Virus record (IMG/VR): IMGVR_UViG_2915066250_000005
Coordinates: 17,142-81,141 of that record
Direction: 5' to 3' (one strand)
Length of the DNA: 64,000 nt
Origin: a virus
Lineage: Duplodnaviria; Caudoviricetes
Made by a program: the position numbers and the translations under genes. This document shows, piece after piece, positions 63,866 through 64,000 of the stretch. The stretch's first letter is position 1. Each line of letters begins with the position of its first letter. The notes under the pieces are model-generated. The model searched no databases. It had not been told where the DNA came from and saw only the letters and a list, made by a program, of their open reading frames with translations.

Positions 63866-64000
63866 ATGATTAATGTTTTACCTTCACTTTTTATTTCATT
63901 ACCTTTATACCTAGGAATACCAGCAATAATCCTATATTTTGTAATAAAAACAGCCGTGAAAAAGGCAATAAAAGAACTAAAAGATGAAAATATATTATAA
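63866..64000 (+). CDS. 44-aa membrane peptide, probably chromosomal
   Basis: AAGGAG RBS; MINVLPSLFISLPLYLGIPAIILYFVIKTAVKKAIKELKDENIL. Confidence 0.55.
   Translation: MINVLPSLFISLPLYLGIPAIILYFVIKTAVKKAIKELKDENIL

Overview
Low-GC Bacillota (probably anaerobic Clostridia/Tissierellia; host not identifiable here). The window is almost entirely mobile DNA: two related, serine-recombinase-type temperate phage elements whose integrase-proximal ends meet head-to-head at an attP-like palindrome (18355-18418). Element 1 (1-~18386, left part outside the window) has a replication module (P4-type primase, BRO antirepressor, family A polymerase, DUF2815, Cas4-like DUF2800), a sigma-like gene, a CGNR-finger regulator, an LlaJI/McrBC-like restriction-modification cassette and a pair of large serine recombinases (LSRs). 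Element 2 (~18387-63612) is a near-complete siphovirus-like prophage: MerR, LSR pair, a displaced replication module, lysis, tail, head, packaging, DNA-modification module, helicase/primase, sigma-like gene, regulator and a Type III mod gene cut off at its SAM-binding motif. Most notable: (i) a same-strand alternative-frame gene with a perfect RBS nested in the phage C5 methyltransferase; (ii) element-specific bipartite promoter-like motifs paired with each sigma-like gene, two of which flank a replication module that sits out of its usual place; (iii) the shared attP-like junction between two convergent LSR pairs; (iv) small-gene cassettes headed by repeated promoters; (v) attenuator and RBS-occlusion RNA structures. 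Family assignments come from motif recognition by eye, not database searches. No CRISPR array, tRNA, rRNA, reverse transcriptase or DGR was seen.
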